From assembly GCA_964639725.1 (NCBI GenBank), contig CAZXFB010000001.1, positions 180,400 through 244,399 of the forward strand: DNA of 64,000 nucleotides, written 5' to 3'. How positions within the stretch are numbered: position 1 is the first letter of the stretch; each line of letters opens with the position of its first letter. Origin of the DNA: an uncultured Rikenellaceae bacterium (GTDB lineage: Bacteria; Bacteroidota; Bacteroidia; Bacteroidales; VadinHA17). Shown here one piece after another: positions 41,989 to 52,679 of the stretch. The position numbers were made by a program, and so were the translations under genes. The notes under the pieces are model-generated. The model was given only the letters and a program-made list of their open reading frames with translations, had not been told where the DNA came from and did not search any database.

Positions 41989-42846
41989 TTAGTCTGAACA
42001 GGCTGTGCCTGAAGATGAACAACTGCCCATATACTCACCTATTAATCCTGTCCAACTACAAGTTGTTTGACAGCAGATACTACAGGAGCTGTTAGAACAT
42101 AATCCGTTTACTTCCGAATCAGATGAAGAACAACACCCTGTTTGTGACCAGGCATAGTAAGTTTCTGATTGATAGGTTGGACCATCACAAGCCGGATCTT
42201 CAGACCGGCTTATAGCAGATAATTCTAATTCTTTAAGCGTTAAATTTATTGGGTCAACAGGCGCCTTCATGATATAAATTTTAGAAGGTTGAAAAAAAGA
42301 TTGATTAAAATCGGCTGCAATTGCAGCTATTTTTTTCAGGATGTAAGAATACTGCATAAGTGCTTCTTCATTCCCGTTTATGTATTTCCATGTCAAATCC
42401 TGGATTGATGACTCAATAACAAATTCTTTACCATTAATTATTATTCTGATAGTTCCGGTAATTTTTCTGTCCCACCATAAATGAATTGTTTCACTGCCAT
42501 TATCATAATATATGTAATCATTATTCCCTTCTATTGATAAAATTATTTGTTCATCATCTTGTCCTTTAATCGGCTTATTCTCACGTAGTACAATTAATAA
42601 TGAGCCATTTACCATTTTAGTTAAATATTCAACCACACCGAACTTAGTGCTCTCCTCTGGTATAATTGTCAATGGATTTACAGGTGTTTTTTCAACTGGA
42701 TTGAATAATGATTTATACAGGTCTTCCTGCGTGACTTTAGAGCAGGAAATTATCTGCAGAATAACAAAAAAAGAAAAAAATAAACCAGTAAGAAAAATAG
42801 TTTTTCCTTTGATAGTTTCCCTCGAATGAGTGAGTTGCTTTTTCAT
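41989..42846 (-). CDS. Lipoprotein with C-terminal 10-Cys domain
   Basis: IISC lipobox; Cys/Ser-rich tail after SRSEDP. Confidence 0.6.
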   Translation of the reverse strand: MKKQLTHSRETIKGKTIFLTGLFFSFFVILQIISCSKVTQEDLYKSLFNPVEKTPVNPLTIIPEESTKFGVVEYLTKMVNGSLLIVLRENKPIKGQDDEQIILSIEGNNDYIYYDNGSETIHLWWDRKITGTIRIIINGKEFVIESSIQDLTWKYINGNEEALMQYSYILKKIAAIAADFNQSFFQPSKIYIMKAPVDPINLTLKELELSAISRSEDPACDGPTYQSETYYAWSQTGCCSSSDSEVNGLCSNSSCSICCQTTCSWTGLIGEYMGSCSSSGTACSD

Positions 42847-43022
42847 GCTAATTGTTTTAAAGTGAATATTAATTAAAAATTTGCCGGGATTATTTTAACG
42901 CTTTTATGCATATCCTTAAAGATTTCATCATGTGTTGTACTTCCGCCTTGTTTATGGTTAAATGTTTTTGATAATAACTATATATCAAATGTACAACATA
43001 AATTATTAAATACTCAATCTAT

Positions 43023-43055
43023 TTTGAATTTGCATATTTATTATTAATACATTTG
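43023..43055 (+). promoter_or_regulatory. Bacteroidetes sigma-A promoter
   Basis: TTTG (43023) - 21 nt - TACATTTG (43048); a divergent TACATTTG lies on the minus strand at 42986-42993. Confidence 0.6.
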
Positions 43056-43193
43056 TATTGAATAACAATATATTCATATTCAATATTAATATGCTTATGA
43101 AACCCAAATGATTGACCTCAATCACAAACACTTTAAGATTGTAATTTACAATCATGTGCGGTTCCATCATACCATTAAATTCAAAATTATATT

Positions 43194-43889
43194 ATGATGA
43201 AAACACAATTAATTAGTTTTATTGCGATTATTTTAAAAATCTTATTGTCCATAATTTCTATACTTATATTAACTCATTTAGTTTTTATAATTATATCTGT
43301 TACAGGCTTAAAGATACCTTCAATCGCCCAAACAAAATCTGTCAACTTTCCACTTCAGATTTTTATGACTGATGAAACAGCCAATTACAAAAGAAAATTG
43401 CCCGGTGGCTCTTTTAAAGACATTGAGAAATATCCTTTTAATTTCACTCTTTACAACATTAAAGATTCAGCAGATTTTATTCATGTAACATCTGTAACAG
43501 GTAATCTGGCAATTGATGTAAATAATAAAAGAGAGATTTTATTAGTAGTGTTCTTGAAAAGGATCGCCTTTTTAGTTATTTTCTTTATCCTTTTATATCA
43601 ATTAGATAAGGTGTACTCAACATTTAAAAAGAAAGAACCATTTAATCCGGAAAATGTTCGCAGTTTAAAAATAGTTGCATATTCAATAATTAGTTTATCT
43701 CCGGTTATTTTGGTATATAATATTTTAGCTATCCAGATATTTAAAAACTACAAAATTACCGGATTCAGCACTATTATATCTAATAGTCTGAACCTGCAGT
43801 ATATTTTCTTCGGATTGCTTATCCTTATAATCGCGTATGTCTTCGATAGAGGAGCGCAATTACAGGAAGATTCTGATTTCACAGTTTAA
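43194..43889 (+). CDS. DUF2975 membrane protein
   Basis: PFNPENVRSLK, C-terminal VFDRGAQLQEDSDFTV; paired with an XRE gene. Confidence 0.85.
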   Translation: MMKTQLISFIAIILKILLSIISILILTHLVFIIISVTGLKIPSIAQTKSVNFPLQIFMTDETANYKRKLPGGSFKDIEKYPFNFTLYNIKDSADFIHVTSVTGNLAIDVNNKREILLVVFLKRIAFLVIFFILLYQLDKVYSTFKKKEPFNPENVRSLKIVAYSIISLSPVILVYNILAIQIFKNYKITGFSTIISNSLNLQYIFFGLLILIIAYVFDRGAQLQEDSDFTV

Positions 43890-43900
43890 TAATTTTCGAT

Positions 43901-44146
43901 ATGCCTATAGATGTCAAATTGGATTTAATGATGACGAAAAACCGTATTTCTTCAACTGAATTGGCTTCCAGACTTGGAATAACGATGGCTAATTTGTCAA
44001 TATTAAAAAACAATAAGGCAAGAGCTATTAGATTAACCACCCTTGACAAGCTCTGCAAAATTTTAAATTGTACCCCTGGAGATTTGATAGTATATTATGA
44101 AGGTCAACAAACAAACGGAGAATCCAACCTTCAAAATGAAGGTTAG
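43901..44146 (+). CDS. XRE-family HTH regulator (YozG-like)
   Basis: ITMANLSILKNNKARAIRLTTL..CTPGDL. Confidence 0.9.
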   Translation: MPIDVKLDLMMTKNRISSTELASRLGITMANLSILKNNKARAIRLTTLDKLCKILNCTPGDLIVYYEGQQTNGESNLQNEG

Positions 44147-44226
44147 CATTAAACTATAAAATATCTTATTGAAAAACTCCATTTTAACGGGTAACCAAAA
44201 ATTGACAGTTAGCAATAAGTAATAAA

Positions 44227-46326
44227 TTGAAAATGAGAAGATCACTTATATACTCATTGCTGATTTCACTAATTATTATCACACTCTTTATCTATTCAAA
44301 TAATCTGTATAACGGTTTAATTACAACAAAGCAAATTTGGTTTATAGGAGCAATGGCTTTCCTGATAATGGTCTTTTGCCTTGATTTGCTTTTATGTAAA
44401 AAGAATATCCCACTCTGCCTTAATATTATAGATATTTCATTACTTACATTTTATACCTACTTCTTTATCCGTACTGTTTTTACTCCTTACACACCTGTAT
44501 TATATAATACTCGTTTCTTGAATTATACCCTTCTCATAATATTTTATTTTATTTTAAAATATGCCAACTCAGACTCGGTTACCAGTAAGCATAACACCAA
44601 TCAGAATTCGCATGATGAAGTAGTGAAGAAAGTAATCATTCCTTTTTCGGAAATCTTGGTTATTGTTTTAATGCTAACAGGACTGATTCAGGCAATCTGG
44701 GGTTTACTACAGTTATATGGCATCACGAGGAGTTTCCACTCCGGTTTTAAAATAACCGGAACCTTTTTTAACCCGGCGCCTTACGCACTATATCTGGCAG
44801 CCATATTTCCCTTAGCCCTGGGAAAACTTTTAGAAAAGCACAGGGCTCAAGACACAGAATGTTGTATACAACCAATGATGCGCGAAGCGCAAATGATAGC
44901 CCAAGTCTCATTGACACCCGAAGGGCTAACGACTTTAATTCATAAACTCATATATTTTATTTCACTCCTTACTGTGATTTCGATAATACTGGTATTACCT
45001 GCCACGATGAACCGTGCCTCCTGGCTTGGAATTGCAGCAAGTTCCCTTTATGTATTCAATTACAGGTACAACCTTACTAATAGGGCTAAATCATCTCTGA
45101 ACAACACTGCCAGGAAGCTGTGTGCCTTAGCAATTGTTATCCTGTTAATCAGCTTTATGGGTGCAGGATTATACCTTTTAAAAAAGGGTTCATCTGATGG
45201 CAAATTACTTATATGGGAGGTAACCATTGGTAAAATCTCTGAAAAACCTTTGTTTGGATATGGAGTCGGCAGATTTGAAGCAGAATATAATAATTGGCAA
45301 GCCGGTTATTTTCAGAAACATCGTGAAGAGATGGACGGCCTCAAAGGAATGGCGGCAGGTAATACAAAATACTGCTTCAACGAGTATCTCGAAATGGCTT
45401 CCGAAATCGGTCTCGTTGGTTTGCTGTTGTTTTTGGCAGTTATTGCATCTCTCTTCTTAGGAATCAGGAAAGGAATAGTAACCACCATTGACGTGCGCAG
45501 CAAGTATGACGCGCGAAACGCAAATAACAATCGAATGACACTGAAGGTAAATGACTCACGAAGTGCAAATGACACCGTAGGAATAATGACGCGCGAAGCG
45601 CAAATGACCTTTCTTCCTTCATTAATATCCCTGATTGTGCTGGCAATGATCTCATTTCCGCTATACTCTCTCCCAACTCTTATTGTTTTCTACTCTCTTG
45701 GTGCTATTATTTCTTCCCATGTAACAACCAATGTTTTTCGTGCTAAAGAAAATATTACATTTAACTTTATCCTGCTACGAAGGTTTCTGATATTTTTTGT
45801 ACTCCTGCCGTTTTCAGTTCTGCTTTTAATATTCACCGGTCAACAATATAAAGCTTATTATACTTTCGATGAAGCTGTTATGATTTATCAAACCGGGAAT
45901 TATGAAGAAGCTTGTCAATCATTCTCTGAGGTTTACATTCCATTGCAATGCAACGGATCTTATCTGCAATACTATGGCAAAGCGTTTTATTTAAATGAAG
46001 AATACCCAAAAAGTATTGAAATGCTCGAACGTGCAGCACAATTTACTTCCGACGAAATATTATACACAACCCTCGGAGATACTTACAAAGCCTTAAAGAG
46101 ATATTCTGAGGCTGAAGCAGCCTATCAGCATGCTTCATACATGGTTCCGCATAAGCTTTACCCAATTTATCTGCTTGCAAATTTATTTTTTATAACAGGG
46201 CAGAAGGAAAGGGCGCTCAGAACAGCGAAAGAGGTGTTAACCAAAAAAATAAAAATTGAATCAACTGCTACAAAAGAAATTATTTGTGACATGAAAGATT
46301 TAACTGGAAAGCTTAAAAATCAATAA
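44227..46326 (+). CDS. O-antigen ligase (Wzy_C) family membrane protein with C-terminal TPR
   Basis: GTFFNPAPY, RASW, IWEVT..KPLFGYGVGRF, FNEYLEMASEIGLVG; TPR-like tail. Confidence 0.8.
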   Translation: MKMRRSLIYSLLISLIIITLFIYSNNLYNGLITTKQIWFIGAMAFLIMVFCLDLLLCKKNIPLCLNIIDISLLTFYTYFFIRTVFTPYTPVLYNTRFLNYTLLIIFYFILKYANSDSVTSKHNTNQNSHDEVVKKVIIPFSEILVIVLMLTGLIQAIWGLLQLYGITRSFHSGFKITGTFFNPAPYALYLAAIFPLALGKLLEKHRAQDTECCIQPMMREAQMIAQVSLTPEGLTTLIHKLIYFISLLTVISIILVLPATMNRASWLGIAASSLYVFNYRYNLTNRAKSSLNNTARKLCALAIVILLISFMGAGLYLLKKGSSDGKLLIWEVTIGKISEKPLFGYGVGRFEAEYNNWQAGYFQKHREEMDGLKGMAAGNTKYCFNEYLEMASEIGLVGLLLFLAVIASLFLGIRKGIVTTIDVRSKYDARNANNNRMTLKVNDSRSANDTVGIMTREAQMTFLPSLISLIVLAMISFPLYSLPTLIVFYSLGAIISSHVTTNVFRAKENITFNFILLRRFLIFFVLLPFSVLLLIFTGQQYKAYYTFDEAVMIYQTGNYEEACQSFSEVYIPLQCNGSYLQYYGKAFYLNEEYPKSIEMLERAAQFTSDEILYTTLGDTYKALKRYSEAEAAYQHASYMVPHKLYPIYLLANLFFITGQKERALRTAKEVLTKKIKIESTATKEIICDMKDLTGKLKNQ

Positions 46327-46369
46327 GAAGATTGTAATTGAAAATAAGATTCTCATTTATTATAACACA

Positions 46370-46771
46370 TTGTTTATGGAAAATATAAGAGATCTTTTAC
46401 CATTTTTAAAAGATGCAGGAATACTCCATCTTAAATACCATTCAAGGCATATATCTGTTAATCCTGAAGAAATCCTATTTTGTAAAGCCGAAGGCAGCTA
46501 TACAAAAGTTGTTATTGAAGGTAACTTTTCGGATATTTTAGTTTCTAAACCTCTTAAACTATTTCAAAGGTGCATTCCTTTAGAAATGTTTCTGCGATGC
46601 CATTACTCCTATTTGATTAATATTAAGAAAGTTCAATCTTTTGACAGTAAGAAGAAAATTATTGCATTTGAAGAATGCTTTATTCCGATTTCAAGAAGAA
46701 AAGCCAATAATATCTTTAGTATTTTATCAGATTTGGGCATTCATGATGTTAGAAATAGTAGCCAAATATAA
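46370..46771 (+). CDS. Stand-alone LytTR DNA-binding protein
   Basis: ILFCKAEGSYT, FLRCHYSYLIN, IPISRRK. Confidence 0.88.
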   Translation: MFMENIRDLLPFLKDAGILHLKYHSRHISVNPEEILFCKAEGSYTKVVIEGNFSDILVSKPLKLFQRCIPLEMFLRCHYSYLINIKKVQSFDSKKKIIAFEECFIPISRRKANNIFSILSDLGIHDVRNSSQI

Positions 46772-46830
46772 AATATTTCGACCACTTAAAAGAAAAATTG
46801 ACCAGTTATGAAAAATATCAACCACTTACA
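46761..46830 (+). promoter_or_regulatory. LytTR-type direct-repeat boxes, 20-bp period
   Basis: ACCA(C/G)TTA at 46781, 46801, 46821; degenerate copy at 46761. Confidence 0.78.
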
Positions 46831-47243
46831 AAGAATTTTCATAATTCGGAAAAATACACTGTTGTCTTATACAAAGATGCATTTTAATTTTAAAAGCATT
46901 TTATAATGAAAGAATATGGGATTAATTTTTGAAGAATGACAAAAGCAAATAATAATAAATGGCAGCAAAGCAAATGACAACTGAATGACGGCGAAGCCGA
47001 ATGATGCACGAAGTGTAAATGACGAATAGTAAATAACTATATAAGTATTACCCACGGAAAGAAAAAGGGCAGAAAGCATTACAAGTTTACGACTTTAGCT
47101 TACTGCCCCGGAACCTTTCCTAAAAAAGAAAGGAGTAAGGGCATAAAAATAGTAAAAAATCAATAGTAAGCAAATGGTTTGCCGGCCAGATTGGAAAAGC
47201 TGAACTTGATATAAACATAAATATGAATTTACCTCTAAATTTT

Positions 47244-47534
47244 ATGAAAATGAAAAGGATAAGTCTAATAATTTCATCAATTGCATTAATATTTGCAATT
47301 ATTTTAAGCGTTTTGCCTGCTAACCTGAATTTCAATTCAGTCAAATTACATACTTTTCTTCAGATAGCAATTGCTGAAGGAGAAGATCCACCACTAGAAA
47401 TGAAATGGACTGATGATATAAATTGTGATTACCCATGTCCAGGTGATTATAATAAATGCAGTTACCTCGGAGAAGGTAATGTTTGTGATACTTGGGGAGA
47501 AACAACTTGTACTTGTTGTGTGAATTGTATGTAA
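47244..47534 (+). CDS. Cys-rich secreted peptide precursor (cassette 3)
   Basis: MKMKR plus TM, IAIA|EGEDPP, 8-Cys core. Confidence 0.78.
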   Translation: MKMKRISLIISSIALIFAIILSVLPANLNFNSVKLHTFLQIAIAEGEDPPLEMKWTDDINCDYPCPGDYNKCSYLGEGNVCDTWGETTCTCCVNCM

Positions 47535-47640
47535 TCAAAATATTAAGGGCTTCATATTAATTCATTCAGGGAAAGTTTAAGTATTTACCATACAGTTTTC
47601 TTTTCAGAGATTTATGAGAAGCCCTTATAATTATTCAATT

Positions 47641-48768
47641 ATGAAAAAGAAAGTAATATTATTGATTTGTATCGTTTTTTTTCTGACTTTTTGCCATAAC
47701 AATAATAATAAAAAAACCGACACGATTCCGACATTAAAAATTGCCGAGGATCTAATTATACATAATGTAAAATATTCCGATATAATTAAGGATTATAAGT
47801 TTATCCCGCTGGAAACAACAAAAGAGAGTGTTATAGGACAAATTGATAAAATAATATTCCATAATAATCAATTTTTTATTTTTGACATCCTGAAGGCAAA
47901 GTCAATATTTGTTTTTTCGTTGGAGGGTAAATTCTTATGGAAACTTTCTAAAATTGGAAAAGGGCCCGGGGAATTTATTGAACCGGTTGATTTTTGTTTT
48001 GAGCCTGTGACAAACAATTTAGTTGTTATGAATTTAAAGCAGCTGATATATTATGATGATAAAGATGGCACTTATCTAAAAACACTGACTTTACCTACTT
48101 TCGGATATAAATTTGATTTTCCTGATGGAAATCATATTTCATACGTAAATGCAAAAAGGGATTACAATTTAGTTGTCATAGATACCAGGGGAAAAAAGGA
48201 AAATAGTTTTTTTAAATATATTAAAGAAACCAGATTGGTACTTAATTGTCCATTTATCAGGAATGATGCATCTGAATTGTTATATTTAGCTAATCTGGAT
48301 TATGTCATATACAAAATAGACGGGAGCAATTTAATCCCATATATCAGAATAGATTTTACAAAAGATATGTACTCACCGGATGATTTGAATTTATTAAAAG
48401 AAGATAAATCGAACCGCAATAATTTTTATCATATAACAAATTATTTTGAGGGTGCAGATAAAATTTTTATTCAATATCTGTATAAGAAAACACCATATTA
48501 TTTAATTAGCGATAAGGAGGCTGAAAAGACAATAATTTTAAATTACAATGAAATCGAAAACGACATTACATTCACTGATTTATTACCAAGGATAATTACA
48601 TGTAATTCAGATGATAAAATTATTTCAATTCTTGAAACAAGCGAATTAAAAAACGCTGTTAAAAATAAAGATATTTCTAATGATAAACTTAAGAAAATGC
48701 TACAAGGAATAACAGATTCCATGGAATTAACAGATAATCCTATTTTATTCTTATTCAAATTTAAATAG
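47641..48768 (+). CDS. 6-bladed beta-propeller lipoprotein (cassette 3)
   Basis: LTFC lipobox, IPLET, GKGPGEF, DNPILF. Confidence 0.85.
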   Translation: MKKKVILLICIVFFLTFCHNNNNKKTDTIPTLKIAEDLIIHNVKYSDIIKDYKFIPLETTKESVIGQIDKIIFHNNQFFIFDILKAKSIFVFSLEGKFLWKLSKIGKGPGEFIEPVDFCFEPVTNNLVVMNLKQLIYYDDKDGTYLKTLTLPTFGYKFDFPDGNHISYVNAKRDYNLVVIDTRGKKENSFFKYIKETRLVLNCPFIRNDASELLYLANLDYVIYKIDGSNLIPYIRIDFTKDMYSPDDLNLLKEDKSNRNNFYHITNYFEGADKIFIQYLYKKTPYYLISDKEAEKTIILNYNEIENDITFTDLLPRIITCNSDDKIISILETSELKNAVKNKDISNDKLKKMLQGITDSMELTDNPILFLFKFK

Positions 48769-48769
48769 A

Positions 48770-49393
48770 ATGTTGCGAAATATTACAACAATAATTTTAT
48801 CAGTATTTCTTTTGTTTCTGGCTGTAAATTGTTATTTTCTGAAGAGAAAAGTTACGCATTTTAGTTTTAATAATAAAGCTATATCAGAAGAAGTTGATTA
48901 TCTTAATGAAGATATCTCACAAATACTTGAAAATGAAAAATTGATGACTAAATCGGAGTATTCAGTTATTGACCCGTTAACACAACTTATTACAATCAGG
49001 AATGATACCGTTCTTTTAAAAGAGCTGGTTCGAAAAAAAGGTAAACTAATTCTCTATTACAGCGAGCAATATTGTGACATATGTTATAAAAACCTTCTTC
49101 GACACATAAACGATTATATAACAAATACAGGTACCAAAAATATTATAATACTTGCAGAATATGAAAACCCAAGAAACTTTAATTATTTTATAAATCATAA
49201 TGAAATTAGAGCAAAAATATATTTAACTCACAAGGGTATTATTTTCCCATCCCAGAAAGGGAATCAACCATTTTTTTTTATGCTTGATAATTCTTTCCTG
49301 GCTAAATATGTAAATGTCCCAAATAAGAAGTATCTTAAAAATATTGATTTGTATTTACGCACTGTTGATGAATATATAACCAAAAAAAATTAA
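48770..49393 (+). CDS. Membrane-anchored CxxC thioredoxin-like protein (cassette 3)
   Basis: N-terminal TM, CDIC, QPFFFMLD..VP. Confidence 0.7.
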   Translation: MLRNITTIILSVFLLFLAVNCYFLKRKVTHFSFNNKAISEEVDYLNEDISQILENEKLMTKSEYSVIDPLTQLITIRNDTVLLKELVRKKGKLILYYSEQYCDICYKNLLRHINDYITNTGTKNIIILAEYENPRNFNYFINHNEIRAKIYLTHKGIIFPSQKGNQPFFFMLDNSFLAKYVNVPNKKYLKNIDLYLRTVDEYITKKN

Positions 49394-49406
49394 GAATATT
49401 TTATTT

Positions 49407-52400
49407 GTGAAACCCAAATTCCCATCATTTACCATAATAATCATTTTCATCCTCCTCATCCTTTGCGGAATACCGCTTATTCATTACCTTAACCTGGAAT
49501 TAAGTCCCAGCTCAACATCATCTTCACTTTCGGTGCGGTTCTCGTGGAATGGCGCCGAACCACGTATCATAGAACAGGAAGCAACATCGAAGCTCGAGGC
49601 CCTCTTTGCCAAAGTTAATGGAATAAGAAATATAAGTTCCACTTCGGGCAACGGAAGCGGCAATATTAATCTTACCCTCGATAAACATGCAGATCCGGAT
49701 GCTGTCAGGTTTGAAATAAGTACTCTAATAAGGCAGGTTTGGCCTGATATGCCTGCCGGCACGCGTTTCCCGGGATTGTATGTTAACAGCTCCGATCAGG
49801 AAAAACGTCGCCCACTGCTGACTTACAAGCTGAATGCTCCCCATTCGCCTCCTCTGGTGAACCAATATGCCGATGACAATATTAAACCTGTGCTGTCTCA
49901 AATACCGGGTATAAGTAAAATTGATATTTACGGAGCGTCTCCTCTTGAATGGATCATAGAATACAATGCAGAAAAACTAAAATCAGCAGGCATAACCACT
50001 GGCGATATTCAAAATATTGTTAATCTCGGACTTAAGAAAATAAACATGGGAGTTGGTTTGTTGCCTGTAAAGAAACCCAATAATGAAAATCAACCGGTTT
50101 ACACATCCACTATACCGGTTACTTTACAAACCCGCTTTTTAACAGGAGAAGATATTCTTAATATACCAGTCAAAAAATCTGGTGACCGTATTGTCTATTT
50201 AGCGGATGTTGCCACCCTGAAGCATGTTGAGGGTCAACCTTCATCCTATTACCGTATCAATGGCCTCAATACCATCAATATCCTTGTAGATGCCGGTCCG
50301 GGTGAAAATAATCTGGTAGTTGGGAAAAAGGTTAAAGAAACCGCTCAACAAATCTCCTCCACATTACCGCCAGGTTATGAATTGCTTCTGAGCGACGATT
50401 CAACCGAATATATTACCCATGAGTTACACAATATTGCTCTGCGCTCGCTATGTACATTTTTAATATTATTGTTTTTTATATTACTGGTTACCAGAAAAAT
50501 AAAGCATGCTCTTCTGATCCTGATAATGCTAGTTGGCAACCTTAGCATTGCAGTAATTTTATATTATCTCTTCAGACTCGAAATACACCTGTATGCTCTT
50601 GCCGGAATCACAGTGTCGCTGGGACTGATGACTGATAACATCATCATAATGAGCGACCATATTCGTACGCGCGGAAACAGAAAAGCATTTCTTGCAATCC
50701 TGGCGGGCACGCTTGCAACAATATCGTCTCTTGTTGTTATCTTTTTCCTGAAAGAACAGATAAAAGCCAACCTGGTCGATTTTGCACTTGTTATAATCAT
50801 CAACCAGTCGGTTTCGCTTCTCACGGCCCTTTTTGTCATCCCGGCTCTGATGGATAAATTGAAACTTGATAAACAGCATCTGCAGGTAAAAAACCAAAAT
50901 CTCAATATTCAATCTTCTTCGTCTGATGTAATAATAAAAATTACCAGGAGAAAAAAGAGTGGAACAAAGCGGAAACGGAGATTCATTATCCGTTTTACAA
51001 ATTTATATCGAAAGGTGTTTTTGTTCTTCAGAAGATGGAAAGCAATAGCCATAATTGTTTTTATCCTGGGGTTTGGATTGCCAATATATATGCTGCCTGA
51101 TAAATGGGAGGGCGAAAATTGGTATAACAGAAGTTATAACGCCACTATTGGTACCGTTTGGTACAATGAGAACCTTAAATCCTGGGCAGATAAATTTACC
51201 GGAGGAGCTTTACGCCTCTTTACCACTAAAGTTTCAGATGGTTCATATTTCAGGACTCCTGAGGAAACATCGCTATACATCACTGCAACAATGCCAAGGG
51301 GAACAACTTTGTCACAGGCAAATGATATTGTAACAGGAATGGAAACCTACCTTAAACAATTTAATGAGATAAAATTATTCCAGACCAATATTACTTCGCG
51401 CAATGCCTCTTTAAGTGTTTACTTTAAAAAAGAGTATCAACTTAGTGAATTCCCTTACATCTTAAAAGGAGAAGTAATATCCAGAGCTATTGATCTTGGC
51501 GGAGCTGATTGGTCGGTTTATGGTTTCGGCGACGGTTTCAGCAACAGGATTTATGAAAGTGCCGGTAATTATTCAATAAGCATGCTTGGCTATAATTATG
51601 ATAAGTTAATTTCCATGGCAGAAATTCTTATGGATAGTCTTACTCAAAACCCCCGCATAAAACAGGTTTATGTTGTATCGGAACGCACATATTACAAACC
51701 CGATAATACCGAGTTCGTGGTTCATGTAGATAAGGAACACGCCATTACAACTGGTATAGTACCTGCCAATATGTATAGTTCATTGCAAAACTGGTCGCTT
51801 AATCAGCCCTCCTTTGCTGCGCTGGTAACTGACAGGGGGCTGGAAGGCATAAGTCTCAGACAACAAAAGAGAAATGAGCCCGATGTATGGACTCTTGCCC
51901 GCCAGCCCCTTAATCGCGATTCGGTTATGTACAAGTTTAATGTCTTTTCTACGATAGAGAAGGAGGCAACTGCTCCGGTCATAAGTAAAACAAACCAGCA
52001 GTACCAGGTTTACCTGCAATTTGATTATATAGGTTCCGACCAGTTTGCACGTAAATATATTAACGAAAAAGTCGATAATTTCAAACCTCTTGTTCCATTA
52101 GGTTATACTGTCTCATCAGGTAATACAGGTTTCTACTGGTGGGGGCAGCAGGATAAAAAGCAATATTGGTTATTGCTGCTTATCGTGGTAATGATCTTCT
52201 TTATCTGTGCTGTTTTGTTTGAGTCGTTATTGCAGCCTTTTGCAGTGATATTGACAATTCCTGTCGCATACATCGGTATCTTTCTTACGTTTTATCTTTT
52301 TGGTCTTAATTTCGATCAGGGCGGGTTTGCTGCGTTGGTAATGCTTAGTGGTATTACAGTTAATGCTGCCATCTACATCCTTAACGATTTCAACAACCTG

Positions 52401-52679
52401 CGCAGGCAAAATAAAGAAAGAATTATACCTGATATTAGGCTCTATTTCAAAGCATTCAATTACAAAATTATTCCTATATTGCTAACAGTGGTCTCTACTG
52501 TACTGGGCTTTGTTCCCTTTCTGATTGGCGAAAAGCAACCTTTCTGGTTTGCCCTTGCAGCAGGTACAATCGGAGGGTTACTATTCTCACTTTTAGGAAT
52601 TGTGTTTTATTTACCATTGTTTCTTGGAATTAAGAAGCAGTCGGAAGTCGGAAGTCGGAAGTCAGAAGTTAAAAGTTGA
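49407..52679 (+). CDS. RND efflux permease (AcrB/CzcA family) 1
   Basis: 1090 aa, two TM bundles, LFESLLQPF, GITVNAAI. Confidence 0.9.
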   Translation: MKPKFPSFTIIIIFILLILCGIPLIHYLNLELSPSSTSSSLSVRFSWNGAEPRIIEQEATSKLEALFAKVNGIRNISSTSGNGSGNINLTLDKHADPDAVRFEISTLIRQVWPDMPAGTRFPGLYVNSSDQEKRRPLLTYKLNAPHSPPLVNQYADDNIKPVLSQIPGISKIDIYGASPLEWIIEYNAEKLKSAGITTGDIQNIVNLGLKKINMGVGLLPVKKPNNENQPVYTSTIPVTLQTRFLTGEDILNIPVKKSGDRIVYLADVATLKHVEGQPSSYYRINGLNTINILVDAGPGENNLVVGKKVKETAQQISSTLPPGYELLLSDDSTEYITHELHNIALRSLCTFLILLFFILLVTRKIKHALLILIMLVGNLSIAVILYYLFRLEIHLYALAGITVSLGLMTDNIIIMSDHIRTRGNRKAFLAILAGTLATISSLVVIFFLKEQIKANLVDFALVIIINQSVSLLTALFVIPALMDKLKLDKQHLQVKNQNLNIQSSSSDVIIKITRRKKSGTKRKRRFIIRFTNLYRKVFLFFRRWKAIAIIVFILGFGLPIYMLPDKWEGENWYNRSYNATIGTVWYNENLKSWADKFTGGALRLFTTKVSDGSYFRTPEETSLYITATMPRGTTLSQANDIVTGMETYLKQFNEIKLFQTNITSRNASLSVYFKKEYQLSEFPYILKGEVISRAIDLGGADWSVYGFGDGFSNRIYESAGNYSISMLGYNYDKLISMAEILMDSLTQNPRIKQVYVVSERTYYKPDNTEFVVHVDKEHAITTGIVPANMYSSLQNWSLNQPSFAALVTDRGLEGISLRQQKRNEPDVWTLARQPLNRDSVMYKFNVFSTIEKEATAPVISKTNQQYQVYLQFDYIGSDQFARKYINEKVDNFKPLVPLGYTVSSGNTGFYWWGQQDKKQYWLLLLIVVMIFFICAVLFESLLQPFAVILTIPVAYIGIFLTFYLFGLNFDQGGFAALVMLSGITVNAAIYILNDFNNLRRQNKERIIPDIRLYFKAFNYKIIPILLTVVSTVLGFVPFLIGEKQPFWFALAAGTIGGLLFSLLGIVFYLPLFLGIKKQSEVGSRKSEVKS

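Noticed and set aside
45487..45608. AATGAC arrays as a mini-CRISPR
   Set aside because: Repeats of 6-7 bp and palindromic spacers of about 7-12 bp are far too short, and no cas genes are present
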